Shown one piece after another: positions 19,521-33,235 of a stretch of 64,000 bases of DNA. The position numbers were made by a program, and so were the translations under genes. The stretch spans positions 48,422,001 to 48,486,000 of the forward strand of contig CM022665.1 in NCBI GenBank assembly GCA_012295275.1, written 5' to 3'. The stretch is from Chrysomallon squamiferum (Eukaryota > Animalia > Mollusca). Below the pieces are notes generated by a model, which was given only the letters and a program-made list of their open reading frames with translations, was not told where the DNA came from and searched no databases. The first letter of the stretch is position 1; each line of letters begins with the position of its first letter.

Positions 19521-22500
19521 GTAGGTTTTTAATGCCGTAAAACCACCTGATGAAACATACACATCCGCACGTGTGCTAACATATGTTTGTCAAATTTAAA
19601 GCTTATTTTTACTTTAATTTAATTTTTAATGATCTTTTAGGATTTGTATGTTAGTAATAAGATAAGAGTAAATTGTTGTTCAATGTTTTTAATTAAAAAA
19701 ACATTACTGTTGGGGGAATGTGAGTGGAGACATGGGAACGCCCATGCTCATGTTTACAAAGTTCTGTGCTTGATTGATTCTTTTATTGTACCCCAGTTTG
19801 GCGTCTTTTGTTGGCATTCCTTACCAGTCACGATTTAAGAGGGTGTGTACTGGTTAGTATGTATCAACAGCAATAAATATTGTGCCAGTATCTCATCTTT
19901 TGTATTAATAGAAATTGTGAAAAACCCTTCATGACAATTCGCATGATCTGAAATTGAAAAGAAATATTTCGTTATTAACTTACTAAAGTTGTTTTTATTG
20001 CTACATTTGATAATTCATTTAGGTGAGCATTAATTCTGAAATAAAATCTATACAGAGAGACGTCAAAGAAATATATCAAAAAGATAGAGTAGTCAGCTGT
20101 TGGTATTACCATATGTTAAACAACTCTGTCTGAACATATTTTGTGGTTTTGCTTGACAGTAAAAACATTTTTTTAAATTATTTATGAATTTTTAAATACA
20201 GATATATCAGCACTGAAGAAGTGCATGTACACTAAAATTAAATTTACAGTTTTGTGTTGGTATAAAGTAGTTTCAACAATTCTGCTTACCCTTCATTTTC
20301 AATCGAATAACAGCTGTATTGTTGTTTTTGATGTACAAGTTTTGTTAGTGTGTGAACTGGACACAGATAAAGGTGATTGTGACATAACACTTATGATCAT
20401 AATCATATTGTATCAGCATTCTGCTGCTGTTCAAAGGTTGTCACTTATAGAATCACAAAGTCAGATTAGTGGTTGGTCTTTGGTCAGCTTGACTTGAACA
20501 GTCACTATTGCACAACACCCGGTCACTATGTGTGACTTTGTGATTAATGGTCACCAGTTCACCGACCTGTTGGCTCAGAAACTCGGTTGTCCTAAAGTAG
20601 ATCACATCTTTTATATTTATTAAGAGAAAAAAAACAACAACAGGTAAACAACATCATTAAACAAATGGGAGAAATGAGTGAGAAATCCTGGACTGATAAA
20701 GTTTACATGTATTTGAAGAAAACATTGCTTGTCCACAAGTGTTCAGTACATCTGAGAAAACAAATATATTTTATACTAATTTCTGTAACAGTATCATCAT
20801 ACATCTTAATTTCTTAACTGTAAAATATTTGATTATTATATTGTAAGTGCAAAAAATTTGTATTTTTTTTCTCAGATATTTAGTTTAAAAACAATTGACA
20901 GGGACTCTGTAATATGTTTATTTTCAGTATTCAGTTTAGTTAGATATTTAATTATTTTAATTTTTATTTCGCAATAAATCAGATTTTTAAAAACCATGTA
21001 AAATAGGCTCGAGTCATATCCTGAACGAAAATACCTGCGTGAAATTTGAGCTGAGCAAATCTGAATGGACACTGAATGCATTTTTTATTCATTCAGCGAT
21101 CTTTTGTATTTTTACGTAGAAGTGACAAACAATAGCTGTACATATGGAATGAATGTGTAGTAGGTGTGGCTGTGTTGTTTGGAACGTAGCTCGGTGAATT
21201 ATGCGACTCTGCAGCCAGACTGCACGGCTAATTTAGTCCGTCTGCTCTCTGTGTGTTTGTAAAAGTGAACCTGCTAATTCAATTTGCTTAGAAGGCAGAG
21301 CTTAAAGCTGACTCAGAAGACATTTAACTCTGATGTGAAGCAGACCAAGTTAAACTGGGGATTGAATGAATAAAACTGATAGCTCCATATCTAGGTAATA
21401 TTTGTATGTTTTAATTACATCCTCCTAGGAATGCTCACGCAGTTTATCAGCAGACAGATCTCAGTTTTCCTTTATTAAAAATGTAGATCACAGCTTGAGT
21501 AAATTATCTAAACTAATACTGTGTTGTTGTTGTTGTTTGTTGTGTGAAAGTTAATCTAATTTGATCAGTGTTAACCAAGTTTAGTTCCGGTCACATAAGA
21601 CAATTAAAAACAAAGTCTGATTAAATTATTTAATAGAAAACGGAGATAACACTGCAGATTACAACATGATTGTAGTCGCCTGGTTTTGAAATCAGAACTG
21701 GGGGAAATTGTCTCCTTGTTGTTTAACTTCACTACACTACACTGTACTTCACCATATTTCACTATACTTCATTATATTTCACAATTTGTTTTTACAGTCT
21801 TTTGTATGTCAGATTTGTGTTTGTGACAGAACTGAATAGTATAATTTCTGTATTTCATAAATCCATGGTTTTATGTAAACATCATGAAATGTAATATTGC
21901 TACAGAGTGTTATTTTTTGTTTTCTATACAAACACAGTATGACAAAAGTAAAAAAAAAAATAAAGACGAAGAAAGGCTGTATGGTGAAAGTGGAATGAAA
22001 TTCATCTGTTTCCATTAACTAAAGCATTTCAACATTTAATTAAAGAGACTGTTTACAGAAGGAACGTGACCTATATACTTGTAAATGGAGATTATTCATC
22101 ATTATAATTAATTGTCTTGGACCAACATTGATCTATCATGTTTTCAAGTTTATTTATAATTTGTGCATCTACACTTTTTAAAATTATTTATTTATTTATT
22201 TTTTTTTTTGGATTTTACTGCATTTTAAACCAAATAACTTGTTTTGTTCAGAAATAGTTTCAAAATATTTTGAAAAAAAATTCAACAATTAGTTATGGCT
22301 AAATTTGTCAACTTAAACTATTTGAAAAAGCGTCTGCGAAACATGGGAACTTTCTGCTAAGTGAATTTTTTACAGAAATATCGTAAATTTAAATATTTTG
22401 TGTGGGAACTGTGGCAGAGGTCGTGTTAGGTTTCACCCAGATTCCAGTCTGTGCTCAGTTTCATGTTCAAGATTGACAACAGCTGCTAGAACTCAGTGGT

Positions 22501-25500
22501 TTTCAACTCAGTGGTTTCCAACTCACTGGCTTTTAACTCAATGTGCTCAGTGTGTTTTAGATGTGAAATCATTTGTACAGTGTTAGCATATAAGAAATAA
22601 CTAGATCTTATTTAAACTGGTTACTGGTTATAAATATTATGATTATGAAATTTCACATTGTAATGATTTAATACACTTAATACATATTGTGACATCCATT
22701 TTTACTCATTTTATAATTATTGTAAATATAGAGTCTGATATTATTGATATAATATTTCATAAGTATTTAAAATGTAGATTTGAACATTATTGATATATTC
22801 GATCATTTCGTAATTATTTAAAATGTATATTACGATATTACATAAAACTGGATCATTTCTCAATTACTTAATCCTAATATTACTGATATATTGTATCATT
22901 TCATAATTTTTTAAATACAGATTTGGACATTGATATTATACCAAACAACTTTTTAATTACTAATACTGATAACTTTTTATCAAAAATTCAGTTCAGTTTT
23001 CATATTAGTATACTTTATCAAAAATTGAGTTAAAATTTCATTTGAAAACTTGAAATGTTGTTGAAGAGCTGGTTGTAATTTACTCACTGAGTAAAACATT
23101 TAAATAAATACTTATGAGTAATTAGACTGGAAACTGAGAGGAAATGTTGAGTAGATGTACAGGAAATGCTTTACCTACTTCACCTCAGACAGTGTGAGGA
23201 ATGCTTTCAGTAAACAGTACAAGTCTTGTGTTAACACAAATATCAACATTTTTGTTTTGTTGTCACACTTTCCTATCTATCTCATCAACTGTCGTAACAG
23301 TCTACTCTGTACACAAACAACATGGCAGACTTTGTTTTTCACTTCTCATTGTTTTCAGCATAAAGCAGCTGAAAATGAACATGAATAAAACATGGTGCTT
23401 GGGCCACTCACAATTCTGTACATTGATTACAGAAAGAGAATTATTCTGATATAGATCCTCCTGTGTTTGTACAGGTAGATACAGATCAATACAGCTGTGT
23501 TTAAAAATAGGTTTTTTTATTACCTTTTGACTTTTATCATATTTCATCAACATGTTGCTATACAGTTTCATCATAATTTTCACCAGAAATGTTTTATAAA
23601 ACAACCAGACGAAAATAGCTGGAATAAAAAATAAAAAAAGAACAGTTTATCTGCTGGAAATTTCCCTGTGTCAGTTTTAACTGAAACCAAATAAGATGAA
23701 TATCAGCTGATGTTTTTTTTTATTTAAGTTTTTCTCTTTTTTTTAAATTCCATTGTAGAGTTGAATCTATTCAATCAATAAAACTTGATGCTTAAATTAA
23801 GTTTTAAAAAAAACAACAAATAAAAAAAGCGATTCTAAAAGAACCAATTAGAAAGTTGAAGGCAAAGTCTGGTGTTTGTGCCAGTGGTTAATTGAATGTG
23901 ACCAGATAAGATAAATGTGTGCTTCAGCCAAATAACAAAATCATTTTTGGGTTGTGATGTTTTTAAATCACAGAAATAACATAACTGCAGAATACAACAA
24001 TATCAGTGTGTATTAAATAAGGACAAGATATTTGTACAGACACAGGACTGACTCAGTATGTATTTAAGTCACAGAAATAACATAACTGCAGAATACAACA
24101 ATATCAGTGTGTATTAAATAACAAGATATTTGTACTGGACACAGGACTTATTTACAAAGTCATGAGAAGAATATCAGTGTGTATTAAATAAGGACAAGAT
24201 ATTTGTACACAGTGTTATGTAATTAAGACAAAAATAACATAACTGCAGAATGAACAATTACAGTGTGTACAGTAAGTCACAAGAAAGAAGTATAAAACAA
24301 GATTGGACACTAGTCTTAAAAGACAACAGGAAAAAAAAAAAAATCTTGTAAATTCAAAATGTTTTTTTTTTTTTTTTCCTGGTACAAACACGAGAGCTTA
24401 ATGTGTGTTATTTTTTTTTTTTTTTTTTAATGTGTTTAAATGTAACAAATGAATTTCAGATATCTAACGCGAACTCTAGTAACATTAAATGTAACATTAA
24501 TTATTTTTCAGGTGTCTGACAGTAACTGTAGTAATACTAAATGTAAAATGAATGTAATTCCAGGTGTCTGACAGTAACTGTAGTAGTACTAAATGTAAAA
24601 TGTAATTTCAGTCTGACAGTAACTATCTGTAAAATGTAAAATGTAATTCAAGTGTCTGACAGTAATTTCACTGTAACTGTAGTACTAAATGTAAAATGTA
24701 ATTTCTGTAGAATGTAATTTCAGGTGTCTGACAGTAACTGTAGTAGTACTAAATGAAATTTCAGGTGTCTGACAGTAACTGTAGTAATGTAAAATGAATG
24801 TAATTTCAGGTGTCTGACAGCAGCTACATGGACAACGACTGGCTGAACACGTTTTTTGATGATCCCATTCTGAATGATAAGATGATCACTGATGCTGCTC
24901 AGCCCTGCATCAAGTCAGAACACAGCTACTCCATGAACAACCAGTCGCCTGCCTCACCACTCGGCCTCACCAACATCGAGGGTGAGTACAACTCTCCTCA
25001 CCTACACCAACTTCACTTCAGCTTTCCTTCAAGCTGACGTTACACAGGCTCCAGTGTTTTATTTGATTATTTCAACTTGTGCAATGTTCGTTTGAAAAAA
25101 ATGTTTTGTAAAGCCATTGATTATTTAGTCTTATTTCACTTGTTTCTGAATCCTACTTTTTGGAAATCCTGTTTTTATTTCTGTTATTGTGTTTGTCTCT
25201 ACTTGTTTCTGAATCCTCCTTTTAATTTTATTTTTTTTATTTTTTTACTCTGCTGATATTTTTATGGCTTTTTATGAACTGTTAATGAAGTTCATTTTAA
25301 ATATAGTTTTAAATTCATTAGTATGGATTAGGCTGTCATATATTTTGAAAGATTTTTTTTTTTTTTTTTTTTTTACCTATTCTGTTGTTATTTTCACATT
25401 GTTTACCTTTTTACAGTTCACTGACCCAAGTTAAATATTAATAGCTGTTTTTTTTTTATTACTAATCAATAAGAAAACAGCAATTAAATGGATGGGAATT

Positions 25501-28500
25501 AGCAAAACATCACATTCAGTTTATTAAATCAAATAAATTATAAATTTAATTTATGCAGCTGTCTTTTTTAATGCTTAATTAATCTCATTTTATTTGTTTT
25601 GATCAGAGATCTTGTTCTCTTAGAATGAAAATAATTTTTTTTAATTTTTTTTTGTATATAAGACATCGATTGTAAGTTTACCAAAAATTCAGATGATAGT
25701 TTTCTGGGGGGGGGTTAATTTAAAAAAAAAAAAGATTTGGGGGATATAAATACAGTAGTTAGAACATTTAAAAAAAAAAAAAAAGTTAATTTTGTATAAA
25801 TTAAGATTTTTGAATAAGATAATTTTAAAAAAAATGTTGTTTTTTTTTTTTTTTTTAATACTTAGAAAAAGAAAATTGTGATGTTACCAATTCCAATGTT
25901 AGAACTGGATAAAACTGGTGTGCAAACAACAGGATAAAAGAAATGTTTTTATTTTGTATGATTTAACTTGGATGACAGTTCAGCTGCTGTGATAAGCTGT
26001 AACATGTGCTGTCAAATGTTTTAAATATTTCTCCACAGGCATCCTCGTTAAATTTTCATTGCATCCCAGTTAATACTGACACCATGCTGAAACAAAGTAA
26101 ATATTAACTGAATTAACAGTGAAATAAAACTAAATATTAACTGAATTAACATGCAGAACAGTGAAATAAAACTAAATATTAACTGAATTAACATGCAGAA
26201 CAGTGAAATAAAACTAAATATTAACTGAATTAACATGCAGAACAGTGAAATAAAACTAAATATTAACTGAATTAACATGCAGAAGTAACAGTGAAATAAA
26301 ACTAAATATTAACTGAATTAACATGCAGAACAGTGAAATAAAACTAAATATTAACTGAATTAACATGCAGAAGTAACAGTGAAATAAAACTAAATATTAA
26401 CTGAATTAACATGCAGAACAGTGAAATAAAACTAAATATTAACTGAATTAACATGCAGAACAGTGAAATAAAAAATAAACTAATTAACAAAATTAACTTG
26501 CTTTGAAGTAACAGTGAAATAAAAATAAAACTAAATATTAACTGAATTAACATGCAGTACAGTTGAAACAAAACTAAATATTAACTGAATTAACATGCAG
26601 AACAGTGAAATAAAACTAAATATTAACTGAATTAACATGCTGAAGTAACAGTGAAACAAAACTAAATATTAACTGAATTAACATGCAGAAGTAACAGTGA
26701 AATAAAACTAAATATTAACTGAATTAACATGCTGAAGTAACAGTGAAATAAAACTAAATATTAACTGAATTAACATGCTGAAGTAACAGTGAAACAAAAC
26801 TAAATATTAACTGAATTAACATGCAGTACAGTGAAATAAAACTAAATATTAACTGAATTAACATGCAGTACAGTGAAATAAAACTAAATATTAACTGAAT
26901 TAACATGCAGTACAGTGAAATAAAACTAAATATTAACTGAATTAACATGCAGTACAGTGAAATAAAACTAAATATTAACTGAATTAACATGCTGAAGTAA
27001 CAGTGAAACAAAACTAAATATTAACTGAATTAACATGCAGTACAGTGAAACAAAACTAAATATTAACTGAATTAACATGCAGTACAGTGAAATAAAACTA
27101 AATATTAACTGAATTAACATGCTGAAGTAACAGTGAAACAAAACTAAATATTAACTGAATTAACATGCAGTACAGTGAAATAAAACTAAATATTAACTGA
27201 ATTAACATGCAGTACAGTGAAACAAAACTAAATATTAACTGAAGTAACATGCAGTACAGTGAAACAAAACTAAATATTAACTGAATTAACATGCTGAAGT
27301 AACAGTGAAACAAAACTAAATATTAACTGAAGTAACATGCAGTACAGTGAAACAAAACTAAATATTAACTGAATTAACATGCTGAAGTAACAGTGAAACA
27401 AAACTAAATATTAACTGAATTAACTGAAGTAACAGTGAAATGAAACTAAATATTAACTGAATTAACATGCTGAACAGTGAAATGAAACTAAATATTAACT
27501 GAAGTAATGTGCTGAAGTAACAGTGAAACAAAGTAAATATTAACTGAATTAACATGCAGTACAGTGAAATAAAACTAAATATTAACTGAAGTAACAAAGT
27601 ACAGTGATATTTGAAGTAACATGCAGTACAGTGAAATAAAACTAAATATTAACTGAATTAACATGCAGAACAGTGAAATGAAACTAAATATTAACCGAAT
27701 TAACATGCTGAACAGTGAAATGAAACTAAATATTAACTGAAGTAACAAAGTACAGTGATATTTGAAGTAACATGCAGTACAGTGAAATAAAACTAAATAT
27801 TAACTGAATTAACATGCTGAAGTAACAGTGAAACAAAACTAAATATTAACTGAATTAACATGCTGAAGTAACAGTGAAACAAAACTAAATATTAACTGAA
27901 TTAACATGCTGAAGTAACAGTGAAATAAAACTAAATATTAACTGAATTAACATGCTGAAGTAACAGTGAAACAAAACTAAATATTAACTGAATTAACATG
28001 CAGAACAGTGAAATGAAACTAAATATTAACTGAATTAACATGCAGAACAGTGAAATGAAACTAAATATTAACTGAATTAACATGCTGAAGTAACAGTGAA
28101 ACAAAACTAAATATTAACTGAATTAACATGCAGAACAGTGAAATGAAACTAAATATTAACTGAAGTAACATGCTGAACAGTGAAATGAAACTAAATATTA
28201 ACTGAATTAACATGCTGAAGTAACAGTGAAACAAAACTAAATATTAACTGAATTAACATGCAGAACAGTGAAACAAAACTAAATATTAACCAATTAACAT
28301 GCTGAACAGTGAAATGAAACTAAATATTAACTGAATTAACAAAGTGAAAGTAAATATTTGAAGTAACATGCAGTACAGTGAAATAAAACTAAATATTAAC
28401 TGAATTAACATGCTGAAGTAACAGTGAAATGAAACTAAATATTAACTGAATTAACTTGCTGAAGTAACAGTGAAATAAAACTAAATATTAACTGAATTAA

Positions 28501-31250
28501 CTTGCTGAAGTAACAGTGAAATGAAACTAAATATTAACTGAATTAACATGCAGAACAGTGAAATGAAACTAAATATTAACTGAATTAACATGCTGAAGTA
28601 ACAGTGAAACAAAACTAAATATTAACTGAATTAACATGCTGAAGTAACAGTGAAATAAAACTAAATATTAACTGAATTAACATGCAGAACAGTGAAATGA
28701 AACTAAATATTAACTGAATTAACATGCAGAACAGTGAAATGAAACTAAATATTAACTGAATTAACATGCAGAACAGTGAAATGAAACTAAATATTAACTG
28801 AATTAACATGCTGAACAGTGAAATGAAACTAAATATTAACTGAAGTAACAAAGTACAGTGATATTTGAAGTAACATGCAGTACAGTGAAATTAAACTAAA
28901 TATAAACTGAAGTAACATGAAATACAGTGAAATTAAACTAAATGTAAACTGAATACATGTTCAGAGTCATTTATCAAAAATGTTTGAGATGGGAAGTGTT
29001 TCAAAATTACTCAGATGCAGAATCTAAGTCTAAATACTGATTCAATTTATATTTCATATACAAAGAATAAGCAGAATTATAAAAACATAATTTAAATTAT
29101 TTTGAGCATAAAATAAAATGTGTGTTTGTAGAACAATCTTAAAACTGTAACATACCAATATTTCTGAGGCTCAGAGAAAGTTTTACAATTTTTCAGATTT
29201 GGGAATGCACTATTTAAAAAAAAAAAAATGTTATTTTTTTTTAATATTTTCTTTTTAAATTTTTATGATTCATTTGAATTATTTTAATATAAAAAAAAAA
29301 AAAAAAAAAAAAAATTTTACAGAGTTAATTTTTTTCAAATAAGATTATTTAAGTGAATATTAATATTTTCTTGTTTTATTTTCACAGATATCGACACTGA
29401 TTTTTTCCACCACACAACAGCAATGAACGTAACCCAGAAAGAACTGGAAGGTGAAACAGTTATAAAACAGGAAGTGCTGGACTCCGACCCCCTCCTCACA
29501 ACTGTGGTCACCACCAACACTACGCCAACGTCGTCGACAATGCTCAACACCAGCGGCCCCCACACCGTCATCTTCACTTCATCTGCCACGCTGACAACTC
29601 AATCTGAACAGACTTTGATCCCACAAATCACAATAAAACAGGAACCGCCCGACACGTACGAAGACAGCTCCAGTCAAGCAGGTTCGTGTTGCCTAGCAAC
29701 AAGATTTTCCTCTCTGTACTGTTTCTTTCTGGGTGGTTTCGTACCGTCTCTGTAGGTTGTTTCATTTGGTCTCTCTTGTTTCATTTTGTATGCATTTTAT
29801 TTCATTCCGTCTTGTGTGTTTGTGTCTCAGTGTATTGTTTCATGCTGTCTCGTGTTTGTGTCTCTGTATTGTTTCATTCTCTATATATTGTTTCATTCTG
29901 TCTTGTCTTTCTGTCTCTTTTTGTTTAATTGTATGTTTCATTTTCTCTATACTCTTTTATTCTGACTGTATTTCTCTGTATCTATACATTGTCTCATGTT
30001 TTGTCTGTTTTCTGCTGATGTTGATGTTTGTGTCTCTTTATTATTTGTATTGTTGTGATTATAAATTTCTTTCTTTTTTTGTTAAAAAACTAATCAGCAA
30101 CTTTATTAAACTTTAACAAATATAGATTAAAATAAGATTATACATATATAAAATTTTAATTATTATAACAAATAAAATATTTGGAAATGCTGTGTAAACA
30201 CATGGATTGTTTTTGTTTTTGTTGACAGTGAGTTTTGATCCCATGGCCTTGCCGCCGACACCACCAAGCAGTGCTGGCAGTGACAGTGACGGCAGTTTGA
30301 GTCCTCAGAGATCAGCGCCATCTAGCCCAGTCCGACAGCTTTCATCTCGCCATAGCAACATCTCCACATCCATCGTCACCACAAAAACATTCTCACAACC
30401 TCTCTTCATGAACCCTGTTAGTAAATCTTTTATATTTCTCTTCATGAACCCTATTAGTAAATCTTTTATATTTCTCTTCATGAACCCTGTTAGTAAATCT
30501 TTTATATTTCTCTTCATGAACACCATTGTTGTTATGTTGTTGTTAAGTAAATTTTTACATTTCTTTCATTATTATTTTATATATTATTTTAGTAAAACCC
30601 TTTTATATTTTGAAACCCTGTTATTTTTATGTTTTTCTTCATGAACCCAGTTCTCTTATCACTGACCCTGTTAGTAAATATTTAATTTTTATCTAAACCG
30701 TGTTTTGATATTTATCTCTTTGTGAATCCCATTAGTAAACCTTGCATTAATTAGTGTCTGTGTTCTTCTGTTATTGTCTGAATTGCTTTTAGGTTTTTAG
30801 ATTTCTTTCTTAATGAATAACCTGTTTGTAAATATTTTATTATCTTCATTGTTTTTTAGAGTGTGTATTTTTCTCTTTGTGAACTCCATTAGTAAATCTT
30901 ACTTCATAATTTTCTCTGCATGAACCATGTTAATAAATCTTCATTTAATTATTAATCCTTTTATTACCTGAATTACTTCAATTTTTTTTTATAATTCTCT
31001 CTTCTAGAATCATGTTTACTTAAGTGTCTAAATATTATCAGTGTTAGTTCTTGTAATAACCTTCTTCTTGAATATTCTAGTATCTTTATTACTTTAATCT
31101 TTTCTTCACAAATCACTTACTATCAGTAGTGTTTCATTTATTATTTAACATCTTTTATTCTGTGCCACGAATTGTGTATAATTATAAAGATAGCTTTATT
31201 GTCTTGTTTTTATTTTTTTCAAAAGTAATAAAAACAATTTGAGTTATCAT

Positions 31251-31282
<32 letters not shown>

Positions 31283-32155
31283 GTTTTTTTATCACTTTGG
31301 TGAATATTATTTGGTTCCATTCATACATGGTTGTATAAGAGTTTGGTAATTTTGTTAATTTCAGATTTCTCAGTCTGGAATTCTGATGTTGTCGGAGGAG
31401 GAGAAGAGGACTCTGATTTCCGAGGGTTACCCCATTCCTGGAAAACTGCCCCTAACCAAACAGGAAGAAAAAAATCTGAAGAAAATCCGTCGTAAAATTA
31501 AAAACAAGGTATTTGTGTTTTCTGTTGTGTAAAACACATTAGTTATGTTTTCTGTTGTGTGCAACACATTAGTTGTGTGTTTTCTGTTGTGTACAACACA
31601 TTAGTTGTGTTTTTCTGTTGTGTACAACACATTAGTTGTGTTTTCTGTTTTGTACAACACATTAGTTGTGTGTTTTTTGTTGTGTACATCACATTAGTTG
31701 TGTTTTCTGTTGTGTACAACACATTAGTTTTGTGTTTTCTTTTGTGTACAACACATTAGTTATGTGTTTTCTTTTGTGTAAAACACATTATTTTTTGTGA
31801 TTTAATTATTTATTGTATTTAAATCTTTCTGTTAATTACATGTAAATAATAACTCTCTCTAATAACGGTACTGTGTATTGGTTGTTTTTATGGTTTAAAT
31901 GTTTATTTTTCAGATATCAGCACAAGAAAGTCGAAGAAAAAAGAAAGAATACTTGGAAGCTTTAGAAAAAAGGTAAAATATTTTTTTATTAAAGTTTGAT
32001 TACAAATCTGATGTTGAAGATGGATTATTAAAAAATAATTTTGAATTCCACTTTGATTTTTGTTAAAAGAAACAAAATTTATTAAATGTTACATTAATTA
32101 TTATTAACCCTATTACTGTGCAACCATACATTGTTTTATATCAATTTTCTCCATA

Positions 32156-32198
<43 letters not shown>

Positions 32199-33193
32199 TC
32201 ACAAGTATTATTAATTTGATAGATACTATTTTTTTGTTGTGATAGAGCCATTTGTTTTTATGTTGATAAAACTTACAGATATATTTACTTGTTTTAAAAG
32301 TTAAGATTTTAAATACTAATAAAGCTTACAGATATATTTACTTGTTTTAAAAGTTAAGATTTTAAACACCAATAAAACTTGGTTATTATAAACATATTTA
32401 GTTATGACATTGTTTATCACAGAGTGGAGTCTTACACACATGAAAATTCTGACTTGAAGAAGAAAATAGATTCACTAGAAAACAATAACAGGTAAATGAA
32501 GTTAATTTGTCTTTCTACTTGTTCATCAGTTCAGTGATATAGAAAAAAGCTTCACCAAAACCAGTGAATTTGATCTTTTTGACATAATTATTCAGAAAAA
32601 TACTTGTTACAAAATTTTTATAGTAACTTCAGAATTAGTTATTTAGAAAACAGAACTGTCAAAATTTAGTACTAATTTAACAAATAATGAGAACAAAATT
32701 ATACTGTTGTAAAAATGATACAGTACCTTCAAGAATAATTCTAAACAGAGAATTAAAATATTTGTAAAATTTTATGATAATGTAAGAAATGATTATTTTA
32801 AAAAAATAATTAAAAATTATTCAAGTTTTATAGTAATGTCACAAATATTTATTTACACAAGAATTTAAATTATAAAAATTAGTAGCAACTTCAGAAATGT
32901 TTTATTCAGAAAAATAGTTTAAGTTAGTGAACATTTTAACTTCAGATATAAATTATTGATTTAATTGTTGTTAAACTGAGCAAGTTTTGTTGTTTGTTGC
33001 AGATCACTACTTGGACAACTACAAAAACTGCAGGCACTGGTCAGCAAAGTGACCTGTCCACCTGCAGCAGCAACCCAGACTGGAACAGTGCTCATGGTGA
33101 GTGGTCATCTTTGTCTGTTGTTTTGTCTGTCTGCAACAAACTCAATGTTTTTGAAATTTGTGTCATAAAACCTATCTCCAATATAAAATAAAA

Positions 33194-33235
<42 letters not shown>

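Noticed and set aside
26048-28851. Hydrophobic repeat ORFs ([12 protein letters not shown])n on the minus strand
   Set aside because: They are translations of the 42/48-bp satellite.
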